Notes: a model not told the origin generated them from the letters alone. Numbered from the stretch's first letter, positions 31,439-41,196 are shown. The stretch: 64,000 nt of DNA from Desulfobacteraceae bacterium (GCA_011390065.1 JAABTD010000006.1:16-64015); one strand, 5' to 3'. A program made the numbers and translations.

Positions 31439-32145
31439 CGCCCCGGGCCGAGACAAAACCGGCGGCCTCGGCGGCGCCGGGGAATATCGCGGAATGCTGG
31501 CAGCGCATCGGGGTGTGGAGTGCAGAGAAAAGTTGTCCGACGCTCCAGGCGGTCATCCATTGCCGGAATTGCGAGGTCTTCATCCAGTCGGGGCGGCGGC
31601 TTCTGGATCAGGAACTGCCCCAGACCTACCGGAACGAATGGGCCGGGATCATGGCCTCGGAGAAGGAGGAGGATGAGCTGTTTCAAACGGTTTCGCTGGT
31701 TCTGTTCCGGGTCGAGGCGGAATGGCTGGCCCTTCGGACCCAGATCCTTTCCGAAGTCATTGATCCGCAGCCGCTCAAGCGCCATTCCCTTCCCCACCGA
31801 AAGAACCGGATACTGACGGGGATTATCAATGTGCGGGGGGAAATCCAGCTCTGCGTAAGCTTCAAAGACCTTCTGGGCATCGAGCAGGCGTCCGGGAAAG
31901 AGACCGGCCAGGCCCCCTATCAGCGGATGATGGTGATCAACAGCGACGACGGCAAATGGGTGTTTCCGGTCAGCGAGATCATCGGCATCTATCGGATCCA
32001 TCCCGCCACGTTTCAAAACGTTCCGGTGACGGTGGCCAAAGCCCAGTCCACCTTTACCAAGGGGATCTTCAAATGGGACGGCCGATATGTGGCCTTCCTG
32101 GATGACGAACTTTTGATTTACAGCCTTACCCGGAGCGTCCAATGA
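31435..32145 (+). CDS. cheW: CheW-like coupling protein with N-terminal Cys4 motif (WspD-like position)
   Basis: The GTG at 31435 overlaps the cheR stop (GTGA). It has the N-terminal motif CWQRIGVWSAEKSCPTLQAVIHCRNC, then a CheW domain (LVLFRVEAEWLALRTQ...INVRGEIQL). Confidence 0.8.
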   Translation: MTPRAETKPAASAAPGNIAECWQRIGVWSAEKSCPTLQAVIHCRNCEVFIQSGRRLLDQELPQTYRNEWAGIMASEKEEDELFQTVSLVLFRVEAEWLALRTQILSEVIDPQPLKRHSLPHRKNRILTGIINVRGEIQLCVSFKDLLGIEQASGKETGQAPYQRMMVINSDDGKWVFPVSEIIGIYRIHPATFQNVPVTVAKAQSTFTKGIFKWDGRYVAFLDDELLIYSLTRSVQ

Positions 32146-34583
32146 TCGGCGGCGGAACGGACCTGAGCGATTTCTCCATGCTGGATCTCTTCCGATCCGA
32201 GATGGAGATGCATGCCGGCGCCCTCAGCGAAGGACTGCTGGCCCTGGAAAACGATTCCGGGACCGCCAACGCGACGGATCACATCGAGTCCCTGATGCGG
32301 GCGGCCCATTCCATCAAAGGCGGCGCCCGGATTGTGGAACTGGATGCGGCCGTCAAGCTGGCCCACACCCTGGAGGACTGCTTTGTGGCCGCCCAGAAGG
32401 GAGAGCTTTCCCTCTCCTCGGATGACGTCGATGGACTGTTGCGGGGCGTGGACATGCTCAAACGCATTTCCGACGCTGCCGGAGAGGCGTATGACGACTG
32501 GCTGGCCGGCCATCAGCAGGAGATCGACGAACTGGCCGCCGCCATGACCCGGATTCATTCCCCCGGGAAAGCGGATGCCGGCTCGACCCGCGGCCGATCT
32601 CAACCGCCGACGCGGCGGCCCGGGGCTGAAACAGTCCCCGAACCGCCTCCTGATGCCGCGCCCCTCCCAGATGCCCCGTCCGAAAAAGCGGCGGCGCCCC
32701 GGGGCGCCCCATCCGAAAGGCCTCCGGAGCCCGACGCGCCGGCGACCGCCGCCGGGGAAGCCGCCCGCCGGTCGTCCCAGGCCCGGGAACCGGTCCCGGA
32801 GCGGAAAACGCCGGCCGGAAAGGATCGCATGGTCCGGGTGACGGCCGGCAAGATCGAACGTCTCATCTCCCTGGCCGGCGAGGTGGTGGTGAGCGTTCGA
32901 TGGCTGCCGCCTTTCTACGAGTCCATGGCGGCCCTGAAGAAGAGCCAGGACGAACTGATGTCAACCCTGGATGCGCTCCAGGAGATGGCCGAGGCCGGCG
33001 CGGAGGATCCCCGGAACGCCCGGACGATCCTCCAGACCGTTCATCAGGCCAGAGAAAAAGCCCGGGAGTGCAAGCAGCGGCTGGTCAGCCGGATCAACCG
33101 GCTGGAGGGCTTTACCAGTTCCTCGGAAAATCTTTCGGACCGTCTCTACCATGAAATCATCGGTGTCCGGATGCGTCCTTTTGCCGATGGCATTCAGCAC
33201 TTTCCGCGGATGGTGCGGGACCTGGCCCGGGAGCTGGGCAAAAAGGTCCGGTTCACCATCGCGGGCAAGAGCACCGAAGTGGACCGGGACATCCTGGAAA
33301 AGCTCGAGGCCCCGCTGAGCCACCTGTTGCGCAACGCCTTGGACCACGGCATCGAGCCCCCTGACATAAGAGCCGCGGCGGGGAAGCCCGAGACCGGAGA
33401 ACTCCGGCTGGAGGCGGCCCACCGGTCGGGAATGCTGATGATCACCATATCCGACGATGGCCGGGGGGTGGATCTGGACGAACTCCGGGCCAAGATTTTG
33501 AGCAAGGGTCTTACCAGCGCCGAAATGCTCCACAAGCTGACCGAACCCGAATTGATGGAATTTCTGTTCCTTCCCAGTTTTTCCACCCGGGACCAGGTCA
33601 CGGAGATCTCCGGCAGGGGGGTCGGACTGGATGTGGTCCACAGCATGGTCCACGAGGTGGGGGGCATCGTCCGCGCCGTTTCCCGGCCCGGCAGGGGGCT
33701 GAGCTTCCATCTGGAACTTCCCCTGACGCTTTCGGTGATTCGAACCTTCATCGTGGAGATCGCCGAAGAGAACTACGCCTTCCCGCTGGCCCGCATCGAC
33801 CGGTGCCTGACCCTGGCCCGGGAGGAGATCGACACGGTGGAGGACCGCCAGTATTTCCGGCTGGCCGACAAGAATGTTTCCCTGGTCAACGTCCGGGAGG
33901 TGCTGGAGCTGGAAAAGGCCGACGATCAGGTGGATCTCTTCCATCTGGTGGTCATCAGCGATCGGGTCCATTCCTATGGCCTGATGGTGGATGCGTTTAT
34001 CGGTGAATACGATCTGGTGGTCCGGCCCCTGGATTCGCGCCTGGGCAAAGTTTCAGACATCAGCGCCATGGCCATCATGCTCGACGGGGCGCCCGTGCTG
34101 ATCTTCGACGTGGAAGATCTGGTGCGGTCCATCGATTCCATGTTGACCGGCGCCCAGCGGCTCCGGAAGATCGGCCCATCGATCCGGGCGGCCGAGGAGC
34201 CGGACCGCAAACAGATTCTGGTGGTGGACGATTCCATTACGGTCCGGGAGATGGAGCGCAAGCTGTTGGAGAGCAAAGGATACCAGGTGGATGTGGCCGT
34301 GGACGGCATGGACGCCTGGAATCTGTTGCGGACCACTGCCAAAACCTACGATATGGTGGTGTCGGACATCGACATGCCGCGGATGAACGGCATCGAACTG
34401 ATCACCCAGATGAAGGGGCATGAAAAGTTCAAATCCCTGCCCGTTATGGTGGTATCCTACAAGAACACCGAGGAGGACCGGCTCAGGGGGATGGAGGCCG
34501 GGGCCAACTACTATCTGACCAAAAGCAGTTTCCAGGACAATTCGTTTATTGAAGCGGTGTTCGACTTGATCGGGGGACCATAA
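32142..34583 (+). CDS. cheA: Hybrid histidine kinase CheA-REC (WspE-like)
   Basis: Hpt HSIKGGA, a Pro/Ala-rich linker of about 90 aa, HATPase boxes (LRNALDHG, DDGRGVD, GRGVGLDVV), a CheW-like P5 domain and a C-terminal receiver (ILVVDDS...VVSDIDMPRMNG...YLTKS). The ATGA overlaps the upstream stop. Confidence 0.9.
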   Translation: MIGGGTDLSDFSMLDLFRSEMEMHAGALSEGLLALENDSGTANATDHIESLMRAAHSIKGGARIVELDAAVKLAHTLEDCFVAAQKGELSLSSDDVDGLLRGVDMLKRISDAAGEAYDDWLAGHQQEIDELAAAMTRIHSPGKADAGSTRGRSQPPTRRPGAETVPEPPPDAAPLPDAPSEKAAAPRGAPSERPPEPDAPATAAGEAARRSSQAREPVPERKTPAGKDRMVRVTAGKIERLISLAGEVVVSVRWLPPFYESMAALKKSQDELMSTLDALQEMAEAGAEDPRNARTILQTVHQAREKARECKQRLVSRINRLEGFTSSSENLSDRLYHEIIGVRMRPFADGIQHFPRMVRDLARELGKKVRFTIAGKSTEVDRDILEKLEAPLSHLLRNALDHGIEPPDIRAAAGKPETGELRLEAAHRSGMLMITISDDGRGVDLDELRAKILSKGLTSAEMLHKLTEPELMEFLFLPSFSTRDQVTEISGRGVGLDVVHSMVHEVGGIVRAVSRPGRGLSFHLELPLTLSVIRTFIVEIAEENYAFPLARIDRCLTLAREEIDTVEDRQYFRLADKNVSLVNVREVLELEKADDQVDLFHLVVISDRVHSYGLMVDAFIGEYDLVVRPLDSRLGKVSDISAMAIMLDGAPVLIFDVEDLVRSIDSMLTGAQRLRKIGPSIRAAEEPDRKQILVVDDSITVREMERKLLESKGYQVDVAVDGMDAWNLLRTTAKTYDMVVSDIDMPRMNGIELITQMKGHEKFKSLPVMVVSYKNTEEDRLRGMEAGANYYLTKSSFQDNSFIEAVFDLIGGP

Positions 34584-34597
34584 AGAAGAGAGGCGTC

Positions 34598-36796
34598 ATG
34601 AAAGGGAAGGTAAAAGAGCTGATGAAGCGGATGACCATCGCGAAAATGCTGTGGGGACTCGTCCTCATGGGCATCCTGGTCATTATCGGCCTTGCGGCGA
34701 CCAGCCTGCTGTCCAACAGTCGGCTGGTCAGGAGCCAGAACCGGCTCACCGAGATCGTCATGCCCATGGAACGGGCCAGCCAGAACCTTCGGGAGGCGGT
34801 GACGACCTTTGTGGGGCGGAAATATCTCATCACGGAAGCCGAGACCCTGGCGGAACTCGACGCCCTGGCCGAATCCACTGCCTATGAGAGCGTTTTCAAT
34901 CGCAACATCGATATTCTCAAGGAGCTGAACCGGAAAATGGCGGCCCTGTCATCGGACAGGGCCGCCGATTCTTCGACCCCAGGGCCTGCCGGCAGCGGAA
35001 AGGCCGATGGGCCGTCTGAACATCGCGACGATCTTTTCGAGTCGTTGCAGCGCCATCTGAAGATCGCGGCCGAGCAGAGCGCCGACATCTACAGCGTGGC
35101 CCGGACCCGAATAGAATTGAACCTCGCCATCCAGGAGAAGATCGCCCTGATGGATGCGCTGGGCGGACAACTCCACCAGGATGCCGAGCGCCTTGCCGAC
35201 CGGATCGTCAAAGCGATCCGGGAACAGTTGACCCCGGCCGGCCGGGCCGGAGAGCCCGCGGACCGGGCCGCGGAATTTTATCTGGCGGATTTGGCGGAGA
35301 CCCAGAAAACCAGCGTCGATCTGCGGCTCAATATCGCGTTTCTGACCAATTACGGACACAAGGCCCTGCTGCTGACCGATAAAGAGCGGATCACGGCGAT
35401 CAGAGCGGAAAACATGGTCCCCACGACGGAAAATATCCGGAGCGGGCTGGAAAAGCTTAAGCGGCGGGTCGCCGAATCCGAGGAGATGACCGGACTGCTG
35501 GAGCGGATCGAAGCGGCCTTCGGGCGGCTCCGCAATATCCTTCTGGACAGTGAAGACGGCATCGTCCGCCTTCAATCGCTCTGGCTGGCAAAGGAGGCGT
35601 CCATCGCCGACAAAAACGGGCGGTTGAATCAGACCACCGATGCGCTCATGTCCGGTCTGGACCGCCTTCAAACCCTCTCCGACCGGGTGCGCAACCGGGC
35701 CGAATCCGAGGCCCGGCGGGTCCAGGGCGTCTGGAAAATCATCCTGCTGGTCAGCCTCATCGCCATCGCGGCCATGGCCATGATAGGGCGGCGGATTCAT
35801 CGTCGGATCATGGGGCCCATCAACCGGACCGTTCAATTCGCAGAAGCCATCTCCGAGGGGGATTTGACGGCGGAGATCGAAAAGATCCATGAGGACGAGG
35901 TGGGCCTGCTCATCGCCAAACTGAGCGAGATGGCGCACAATCTCAACGCCCTGATCGGCCAGGTGCAGCGGTCCGGCATCCAGGTGACCTCCTCGGCCAC
36001 CGAATTGTCGGCCACGTCCAAACAGCAGGAAGCGGTCATGCGGACCCAGGTGGAATCCACCAACAACGTGGTTCAGTCGGTGGCCGAAATCTCCAACATC
36101 TCGGAGGAACTGGTGGAGACCATGAAAAAAGTAGCGGCCATGTCCGAACAGACGGCCGATTACGCGAATTCGGGCCAGGACAATCTCGCCCAGATGGAAG
36201 AGGCCATGCAGCACATGGAGAGCGCTTCCAGGTCGATCTCAGGCAAGCTGGAGACCATCAATGAAAAGGCCGCCAACATCACCTCGGTGGTAACCACCAT
36301 CACCAAAGTGGCCGATCAGACCAACCTCCTGTCCTTAAACGCCGCCATCGAAGCGGAAAAGGCCGGGGAATACGGCCGCGGCTTCACCGTCGTGGCCCGG
36401 GAGATCCGTCGGCTGGCCGATCAGACGGCCGTGGCCACCCTGGACATCGATCAGATGGTCCAGGAGATGCAGTCGGCTGTCTCGGCCGGCGTGATGGAGA
36501 TGGACGCCTTTATCGCCGAAGTCCAGCGGAGCGCTGAAAATGTGGGCCAGATCAGCACCCAGCTCACCCGGATCATCGAACAGGTCAAGTCCCTGACGCC
36601 CAGTTTCGAGGGGGTCAACGAATCCATGCAGTTCCAGTCGGAGAACGCCCAGCAGATCAACGCCGCCATGGTCAACCTGAGCGAGGAGATGCAGCAGACC
36701 GTGGAATCGCTCCAGGAATCCTTTATGGCCATTGAACAGCTCAACGATGCGGCCCGCGGTCTCCAGGACGAGGTCTCCCGGTTCAAGGTCGCTTAA
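34598..36796 (+). CDS. Methyl-accepting chemotaxis protein (WspA-like), large helical periplasmic domain
   Basis: TM1 at aa about 15-37, a helical sensor region of about 340 aa, TM2 (IILLVSLIAIAAMAMIG), HAMP and the MA hairpin TNLLSLNAAIEAEKAGEYGRGFTVVAREIRRLADQT. Confidence 0.9.
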   Translation: MKGKVKELMKRMTIAKMLWGLVLMGILVIIGLAATSLLSNSRLVRSQNRLTEIVMPMERASQNLREAVTTFVGRKYLITEAETLAELDALAESTAYESVFNRNIDILKELNRKMAALSSDRAADSSTPGPAGSGKADGPSEHRDDLFESLQRHLKIAAEQSADIYSVARTRIELNLAIQEKIALMDALGGQLHQDAERLADRIVKAIREQLTPAGRAGEPADRAAEFYLADLAETQKTSVDLRLNIAFLTNYGHKALLLTDKERITAIRAENMVPTTENIRSGLEKLKRRVAESEEMTGLLERIEAAFGRLRNILLDSEDGIVRLQSLWLAKEASIADKNGRLNQTTDALMSGLDRLQTLSDRVRNRAESEARRVQGVWKIILLVSLIAIAAMAMIGRRIHRRIMGPINRTVQFAEAISEGDLTAEIEKIHEDEVGLLIAKLSEMAHNLNALIGQVQRSGIQVTSSATELSATSKQQEAVMRTQVESTNNVVQSVAEISNISEELVETMKKVAAMSEQTADYANSGQDNLAQMEEAMQHMESASRSISGKLETINEKAANITSVVTTITKVADQTNLLSLNAAIEAEKAGEYGRGFTVVAREIRRLADQTAVATLDIDQMVQEMQSAVSAGVMEMDAFIAEVQRSAENVGQISTQLTRIIEQVKSLTPSFEGVNESMQFQSENAQQINAAMVNLSEEMQQTVESLQESFMAIEQLNDAARGLQDEVSRFKVA

Positions 36797-36814
36797 GGAG
36801 CGCAAATCGAGCCC

Positions 36815-37903
36815 ATGAGAATCGCCCTTGTCAATGATCTGGTTATGGCGGTGGAAAGCCTGCGGCGCATCCTGCTGAGCGTCCCCGGACATGAGATCGC
36901 CTGGGTGGCCCGGGATGGCCGGGAAGCCGTTACCCGATGCAGCCGTGACCTGCCGGATCTGATCCTGATGGACCTGTTCATGCCGGGAATGGACGGGGTC
37001 GAGGCCACCCGCCGGATCATGGCCGCCACTCCCTGTCCCATTCTGATCGTCACGGCCACCGTGGGCAATCATGCGGCCAAGGTCTTCGAGGCCATGGGGC
37101 ACGGCGCCTTGGACGCCGTCAACATTCCCATGATGGGCGCCGGGGCCGAGGCCCAACGAAGCCGTTACACCTTGTTGCGCAAGGTCCATGTCATTTCCCG
37201 GCTTCGGGGTCTCCCCTCCACCAGCCCGGCCAAACGGGCGTACATGGATCCTCCGCCCCCGATAGTGGCCATCGGCGCCTCCACCGGCGGCCCCAAAGCG
37301 TTGGCCGATTTGTTGTCGACCCTTCCCTGTCCCCTGGGCGCCGCGGTGGTGATCGTGCAGCATGTGGATGAAAAATTCTCCGCCGGACTGGCCGAATGGC
37401 TCGACGGCCAGACGCCTCTGCCCGTGCAGCTGGCGGCGGAGGGCGGACGTCCCCGGGCGGACGCCGTCTACCTGGCGGGCACCAACGATCATCTGGTGAT
37501 GAGTTCCGGCCTGAGCTTTTCCTATACGCCGGAGCCGGGCCGCACCCCTTACCGGCCCTCGGTGGACATCTTCTTTCGCAGCCTGGCGATCCATTGGCCG
37601 GTGGACCCGCATCCCGACGGTTCGTCCGGTTGCGCGGCCGCCATCGCCGTGCTGTTGACCGGCATGGGGCGTGACGGCGCTGAAGGGTTGGCGATTCTCC
37701 GGAAGGAGGGGTGGCGCACCATCGCCCAAGACAGGGCCACCAGCATCGTTTACGGCATGCCCAAGGCCGCCAAGGATCTGAACGCGGCAGTGGAGATCCT
37801 TCCCATCCTGGAAATCGGTCCCGCCATTGTCCGGGCCCTGCGGCGGACCACCCTCTGCGAACCGGACCAATTCAACGGCGAACCGACGGCAAGGCTTCCA
37901 TGA
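36815..37903 (+). CDS. cheB: Protein-glutamate methylesterase CheB (REC plus esterase; WspF-like)
   Basis: Receiver (IALVNDL...[13 protein letters not shown]) followed by a CheB esterase ([34 protein letters not shown]). Confidence 0.92.
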   Translation: MRIALVNDLVMAVESLRRILLSVPGHEIAWVARDGREAVTRCSRDLPDLILMDLFMPGMDGVEATRRIMAATPCPILIVTATVGNHAAKVFEAMGHGALDAVNIPMMGAGAEAQRSRYTLLRKVHVISRLRGLPSTSPAKRAYMDPPPPIVAIGASTGGPKALADLLSTLPCPLGAAVVIVQHVDEKFSAGLAEWLDGQTPLPVQLAAEGGRPRADAVYLAGTNDHLVMSSGLSFSYTPEPGRTPYRPSVDIFFRSLAIHWPVDPHPDGSSGCAAAIAVLLTGMGRDGAEGLAILRKEGWRTIAQDRATSIVYGMPKAAKDLNAAVEILPILEIGPAIVRALRRTTLCEPDQFNGEPTARLP

Positions 37904-39402
37904 GCCGCGATGAGAGACATACCCCCGCCGGCAACGGCGTCGGCGGGCTGACCCAGCACCGGATCACCGTCCTGCTGGTGGACGACCAGGCCATCATCGG
38001 CGAGGCGGTCCGGCGGATGCTGACCGAAGAGGAGGACATCGACTTCCATTACTGTCAGGACGCCACGCTGGCCATCAAAACCGCCGAAAGGATTTCCCCT
38101 ACGGTGATCCTCCAGGATTTGGTCATGCCGGAAATCGACGGGTTGATGCTGGTGCGCTATTTCCGGGCCAACCCGGCAACCCGGGAGGTGCCGCTCATCG
38201 TACTGTCGGGCAAGGAAGAGCCCTTGACCAAGGCGGATGCCTTCGCCGTCGGCGCCAATGATTATCTGGTGAAACTGCCGGACCGGTTGGAGGTCGTGGC
38301 CCGGATCCGCCACCATTCCCAGGGGTACATCAACCTGCTCCAGCGAAATGAAGCCTTCAAGGCGCTGAAAGATAGTGAAAAACAACTGGAGATTCGCAAC
38401 CGGTTCATTCGGGAAACTTTCGGCCGATACCTGTCCGACGACATCGTGGACAACATCCTGGAATCGCCGGAGGGGATGAGGCTGGGGGGCGAAAAGCGAA
38501 TGGCCACCATCATGATGACCGATCTGCGCGGATTCACCGCCATCAGCGAGCGTCTGGCCGCCGAAGAGGTGGTGCGGATCATCAATAATTATCTGGAGGT
38601 GATGACGGACATCATTCTCAAATACCAGGGAACCATCGACGAGTTTATCGGCGATGCCATCCTGGTGATTTTCGGCGCGCCCATCCGGCGGGAGGACGAC
38701 GCCGAGCGGGCCATGGCCTGCGCCATCGAAATGCAGATGGCCATGGAGATCGTCAACGAGCGGAACCGGGCCTCCGGGGTTCCCGAAGTGGCCCAGGGCA
38801 TCGGCATCAACACCGGCGAAGTGGTGGTGGGCAACATTGGGTCCGAAAAACGGTCCAAATACGGCGTGGTGGGCCGGAACGTCAACCTGACCGCCCGCAT
38901 CGAATCCTACACCGTGGGCGGGCAGACCCTGATTTCCGAGAGCACGCTTTCGGCCTGCGGACCCATCCTCCGCATCGACGACCAGACCGAGGTGATGCCC
39001 AAGGGCGTCAAGGAGCCCATCACCATTTACGAGATCGGGGGCATCGGGGGGAAGCACAACCTCTATCTGCCGGAAAAAACCCCGCCCGAGATGATCGAGC
39101 TGAGCCATCCCCTGGGCATCCAGTTCACGGAGTTGAACGAAAAGGACACCCAGGAGGCGGCCCACAAGGGCGTCATCCGACGGCTGGCGGCCGAGGCGGC
39201 CGAGGTGGCCGCGGAGGTCGACGTGGGGCGGCTGACCAACATCAAGATCTCCCTGTTCGACGAGGAAGGGTACGAGATCACGACGGATCTGTACGCCAAG
39301 GTGACCCGGAACCTGTCGGCGTCCCCGGCCGAGTTCGTCGTCATTTTCACCTCGGTGCCGCCGGAGGCCAAATCCTTTTTCAGATACCGATACAATTTTT
39401 AG
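37900..39402 (+). CDS. Response regulator with class III adenylate/guanylate cyclase domain and an unassigned C-terminal domain of about 110 aa
   Basis: The ATG at 37900 overlaps the cheB stop (ATGA). REC (VLLVDDQ...[12 protein letters not shown]...YLVKLP), a helical linker, and a cyclase core ([48 protein letters not shown]). Confidence 0.88.
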   Translation: MSRDERHTPAGNGVGGLTQHRITVLLVDDQAIIGEAVRRMLTEEEDIDFHYCQDATLAIKTAERISPTVILQDLVMPEIDGLMLVRYFRANPATREVPLIVLSGKEEPLTKADAFAVGANDYLVKLPDRLEVVARIRHHSQGYINLLQRNEAFKALKDSEKQLEIRNRFIRETFGRYLSDDIVDNILESPEGMRLGGEKRMATIMMTDLRGFTAISERLAAEEVVRIINNYLEVMTDIILKYQGTIDEFIGDAILVIFGAPIRREDDAERAMACAIEMQMAMEIVNERNRASGVPEVAQGIGINTGEVVVGNIGSEKRSKYGVVGRNVNLTARIESYTVGGQTLISESTLSACGPILRIDDQTEVMPKGVKEPITIYEIGGIGGKHNLYLPEKTPPEMIELSHPLGIQFTELNEKDTQEAAHKGVIRRLAAEAAEVAAEVDVGRLTNIKISLFDEEGYEITTDLYAKVTRNLSASPAEFVVIFTSVPPEAKSFFRYRYNF

Positions 39403-39458
39403 CGCCATTGACATGGATGCGCCATGCCCAGCCGGAAGATCCGGAAAAAGGATTGCAC

Positions 39459-40250
39459 ATGAAGATTAGATTTCTTGGCGTCGGTTCCGCGTTCACGACG
39501 CCGGAACATTACCAGTCGAACCTTCTGATCACGGCCCCCAGCGGGCGGAACATGCTGGTGGATTGCGGAACCGATATCCGGTTTTCACTCCGGGAAGGCT
39601 TGCCGGACAACGCGCTGCCCTACGAGGCGATCGATGCGGTTTATATTTCCCATCTCCATTCCGACCATATCGGCGGCATGGAGTGGCTGGCCTTTTTAAC
39701 CTATTTCAACCCCCATCAGCCGCGGCTCCGGCTTTACATGGAAGAGGCGACCATGCGGGAGATGTGGCGCACGTCTCTCAAGGGCGGGCTCGGCTGTATC
39801 CAGGGGAAGCGGATGCACCTGACCGATTATTTCGACTGCCGTCCGGTGGCGGTCAACGGGTCGTTCATTTGGGAGTCGATCCGGTTTACCCTGGTGCGGA
39901 TGCTGCATATCAGCACCGGATACCGGGATTTTTACAGCTACGGTCTTTTAATGGCCGATGCCCGCAAGGCGGGACCGGCGATTTTTTTCACCACCGACAC
40001 CCAGTACCGGCCCCATTTGCTGCGGGATATCGCACAGGATGCCGCGCTCATCTTCCATGATTGCGAAACCAGTCCGGTCAGAAGCATCGTCCACGCCCAT
40101 TACCTGGACCTCCGGGAACTGCCGGCCGCGTTGCGAACCAAAATGTGGCTCTATCATTATCAACCCGATCCGAAATTCGATCCGGAGGCGGATGGGTTCC
40201 GGGGGTTTGTCCGGAAGGGGCAGGAATTCGACCTGGAGGGTCTCATCTGA
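39459..40250 (+). CDS. MBL-fold metallo-hydrolase
   Basis: HLHSDHIGG (HxHxDH) motif. ATG at 39459 after an AAGGA SD, 56 nt downstream of the cyclase gene on the same strand. Confidence 0.75.
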   Translation: MKIRFLGVGSAFTTPEHYQSNLLITAPSGRNMLVDCGTDIRFSLREGLPDNALPYEAIDAVYISHLHSDHIGGMEWLAFLTYFNPHQPRLRLYMEEATMREMWRTSLKGGLGCIQGKRMHLTDYFDCRPVAVNGSFIWESIRFTLVRMLHISTGYRDFYSYGLLMADARKAGPAIFFTTDTQYRPHLLRDIAQDAALIFHDCETSPVRSIVHAHYLDLRELPAALRTKMWLYHYQPDPKFDPEADGFRGFVRKGQEFDLEGLI

Positions 40251-40260
40251 CGGTTAAACG

Positions 40261-41196
40261 CTAAAACGGTTGACCCGGTCCTCTGAGCAGCGCCAGAGAG
40301 ACGTAGTTCACCAGTCCCCAGATGGCGTCGGCGGCAAAAATCCGCTCGATGGCGCGGTCGAAGAGGATGGAGATCCGGGGCGGATACTCCCGGTCCCCCT
40401 CCCACAACAGGTAATAGAGCGGGACCCGGGGGAAAATGCGCAGCTGGAACGACGCGTCGGCCATCTCCATGGGCGCGCCGGACAGAAAACGGGCGGCCCG
40501 GCGGAACCCCTCCGGGTCGTCGCCGTAGCGTTCCAGCAGATGATCCGTCCGCAGCTCATGGGGGCCCTGGAAGAAATGGGCCTCTTTCAGGTCCTTGGGG
40601 CCCACGATCTCCTTGCCTAAAGGATAAACGCCCGCCACGTTGTTCAGATAGATCAGGGCGATCAATTCCAGAAGAGGATCGTCGGTTTCCTCCCATCCAT
40701 TTTTCTTGGGCCGCATCAGACGCCGACCAGGGATATCCACACGAATTTTTTCGTTTAGACAGTGTAAGACCAGCGCCGCGGCCGGGGCGGCGGCGGGATC
40801 GGGGTCGGCCAGGGTGAGGGTGCACAGATGGTGGACGTCCCGGGCCTGGAGTGCGTCCCAATATTCAGTGGGAACGGTGACGGGCGCGTTGTTGGGAGAC
40901 GTGGCCGGCGGTCGCTGCCGTATGCGGCGTTGCTGCATGTCTATAAATCCTTCGCTGAAAGGGTAGGGGCCGATCCGGAAATTGTCGCAGGGGAAAGCGT
41001 CGCAGTCCCGCGGACAATAAGCCAGTTGGTTCAGGGCTGCGCATTCCAGTATGGCGCAAGTCCCCCCGAAGGTCCGCTGCTGGGCCGCCAGCTTTCTCCG
41101 GGCGTCCGGGCTTTTGCCGGCGCCGCAGGTGGAACAGGTTCCCAATAGTCTCAATTTGCAAACATCGCAATTGATGCCGCAGGCTCCGGTGGGCAT
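40261..41196 (-). CDS. Cys-rich hypothetical protein (DUF3795-like N-terminus plus DUF3786-like C-terminal domain)
   Basis: The N-terminal ~70 aa contain 10 Cys (ACGINCDVCKL..GTCSTCG...CAILEC...YCPRDCDAFPC). The C-terminal region resembles DUF3786 proteins of anaerobes. The family call is from memory. Confidence 0.55.
   Translation of the reverse strand: MPTGACGINCDVCKLRLLGTCSTCGAGKSPDARRKLAAQQRTFGGTCAILECAALNQLAYCPRDCDAFPCDNFRIGPYPFSEGFIDMQQRRIRQRPPATSPNNAPVTVPTEYWDALQARDVHHLCTLTLADPDPAAAPAAALVLHCLNEKIRVDIPGRRLMRPKKNGWEETDDPLLELIALIYLNNVAGVYPLGKEIVGPKDLKEAHFFQGPHELRTDHLLERYGDDPEGFRRAARFLSGAPMEMADASFQLRIFPRVPLYYLLWEGDREYPPRISILFDRAIERIFAADAIWGLVNYVSLALLRGPGQPF

Noticed and set aside
36335-39414. 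511-aa and 554-aa minus-strand ORFs across the mcp, cheB and cyclase genes
   Set aside because: They are antisense to genes with clear domain signatures, so I treat them as shadow ORFs.
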